A stretch of 61,871 nucleotides of DNA, filler included, from Theionarchaea archaeon (GTDB taxonomy: Archaea > Methanobacteriota_B > Thermococci > Methanofastidiosales > SZ-28-30): assembly GCA_018992565.1 (NCBI GenBank). It is 4 parts of 4 records of this genome, joined end to end, with 100 filler letters (N's around TTAATTAATTAA, not from the genome) between each part and the next. Parts side by side here need not be neighbours in the genome. Positions count along the whole stretch, not along the records: positions 56,742 to 61,871 come from JACVGW010000127.1; 3 more parts are not named here. One strand, written 5' to 3'. Each line of letters opens with the position of its first letter. Positions within the stretch are counted from its first letter, which is position 1. Position numbers and translations under genes: made by a program. This document shows positions 60,620 through 61,871 of this stretch, in pieces. The notes under the pieces are model-generated. The model searched no databases, was not told the origin of the DNA, and was given only the letters and a program-made list of their open reading frames with translations.

Positions 60620-61261
60620 ATGATCTGCACAGTTGTGGCAGAGAAGAGCTATGTTGCATCAGCTCAGCATGTAAAAGGATTCTGTGAATGGAGGCTGGAC
60701 TACCTGGATGAGATCAATATTGAGCGCATCAGAAAGATAATTCAGGGAAAAAAAGTGATACTCACCTTGAGACCGAGCTGGTGCGGTGGAAAATTCCATG
60801 ATGAATCACTCCGAAAGTACTATCTCATGGAAATCATGAAGCTCAACCCATTCTGCGTTGATCTGGAATTGCACACCAGGGGGATTGCCGAACTGGTGTC
60901 CTGTGCTCAAAACTATGGGGTAAAGTACATTCTCTCCTACCACAATTTCTGTGAAACCCCTCCACTGGAAACCCTCCATTCCATCTGTGAGGAGGCGCGG
61001 CGGTTCACTCCATTCATTGTGAAGATTGTAACCACGGCAAATTCCCTGGAGGATAACTTGACCATACTCCAGTTCAACCTGGAGGCTGGATCAGACATAA
61101 TTTCCTTCTGCATGGGGGGCCAGGGTATTCTTACCAGGATCTTCTGTACACAGTATGGATCTGTTTTCACCTATGGTGGCGAGAAAAAAGAGACTGCACC
61201 GGGACAGCTTTCCACAAAAGAGCTCTCCCATCTCTATGCGATATTGGGGTGGTCCAAATGA
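60620..61261 (+). CDS. aroD: Type I 3-dehydroquinate dehydratase
   Basis: EWRLD, TLR...GG, SYHNF..TP, VKIV, APGQ. Confidence 0.92.
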   Translation: MICTVVAEKSYVASAQHVKGFCEWRLDYLDEINIERIRKIIQGKKVILTLRPSWCGGKFHDESLRKYYLMEIMKLNPFCVDLELHTRGIAELVSCAQNYGVKYILSYHNFCETPPLETLHSICEEARRFTPFIVKIVTTANSLEDNLTILQFNLEAGSDIISFCMGGQGILTRIFCTQYGSVFTYGGEKKETAPGQLSTKELSHLYAILGWSK

Positions 61262-61871
61262 TCGACACAGATACCAGAGTACTCTGTATTCTGGGAAATC
61301 CGGTGTATCATTCGAAGTCACCCCTTCTCCACAACTACTGGATACAGAAATTTGGTCTCAACCTGGTATATCTTGCATTCAATGTTTCTGAACTAGAATC
61401 TACAGTCTCTGGATTGAGAGCTCTTAATTTCATGGGAGCGAATATTACAATTCCTCATAAGACTGAAATTTTGCAGTACCTCGATACAGTGGATATGGAA
61501 GCTCGTCATACTGGAGCAGTGAACCTGATAGTAAATAGAAACGGCAACCTTTATGGATACAATACAGATATCTATGGAATTAACCAGACGCTGCAAGTTG
61601 AAAATCATAGAGTGGTAGTCATGGGGGCAGGAGGAGCAGCACGGGCTGTCTGCAAGGCTCTCGACAAGAATGAGATAATTGTGATTAACAGGACATTCCA
61701 AAAGGCCAAAGCCATGGAAAAGGAATTCAACTGCACAGCAGAACCCATGGGGAATTTGGATAGAGTGGTAGGAAAGAGCGATGTCATCGTCAATGCTACT
61801 CCCATAGGGATGGTTCCTCATGTGGAAGAGACTCCTGTACCAAAACGGTTATTGAAAAGCCAGCATATTGT
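61258..61871 (+). CDS. aroE: Shikimate dehydrogenase (3' end outside window)
   Basis: Manual translation MIDTDTRVLCILGNPVYHSKSPLLHN...GANITIPHK...GAVN...NTDIYG...GAGGAAR...NATPIGM. Confidence 0.93.
   Translation, partial: MIDTDTRVLCILGNPVYHSKSPLLHNYWIQKFGLNLVYLAFNVSELESTVSGLRALNFMGANITIPHKTEILQYLDTVDMEARHTGAVNLIVNRNGNLYGYNTDIYGINQTLQVENHRVVVMGAGGAARAVCKALDKNEIIVINRTFQKAKAMEKEFNCTAEPMGNLDRVVGKSDVIVNATPIGMVPHVEETPVPKRLLKSQHI

Noticed and set aside
1..61871. tRNA, rRNA, transposase or integrase genes
   Set aside because: None recognised by eye. A tRNAscan, Infernal or ISfinder run would be needed to exclude them formally.

Overview
Archaeal DNA, judged from the proteasome, PriS, PolB2, class III pilin, archaeal aroA'/aroB' genes and GGAGGTG ribosome-binding sites. 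The gene content suggests an anaerobic euryarchaeote, possibly Theionarchaea-like, but this is inference only. The window is four contigs joined by artificial 100-nt N/TTAATTAATTAA spacers (25519-25618, 50938-51037, 56642-56741), so adjacency across spacers is meaningless. Contig 1 carries a coupled NuoF-like/FdhA/group 3b [NiFe]-hydrogenase operon, a NifB-like radical SAM, ALDH, uvrB, a psmB-psmA pair, a sulfonate-type ABC transporter with methanogenesis marker 2, NikR with a Zn/Mn-type ABC transporter, and AOR. Contig 2 carries a beta-propeller repeat protein, a candidate new RiPP locus, RecJ-like, NrdJ, a PolB2 cassette, a pilin and an acyl-CoA dehydrogenase. Contig 3 carries GNAT, priS, adk, a 7TM-DUF835 protein and proline/sarcosine dehydrogenase-like subunits. 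Contig 4 carries the asd-aroA'-aroB'-aroD-aroE operon. The main result is at 27463-31477: two tandem radical SAM/SPASM enzymes flanked by three 52-55 aa paralogous peptides (one missed entirely by the ORF track, two with wrong starts) and one decayed copy. The peptides share a leader M-x-A-x-L-[IV]-E-[PS]-G and three C-x3-G-x1-2-P core motifs each, pointing to an apparently uncharacterised archaeal thioether-peptide system. Other notable items are a circularly permuted ABC binding protein, PIP-like boxes on three PolB2-operon proteins, and an attenuator-like leader before the aro operon. All family assignments come from motif recognition by eye; no searches were run.
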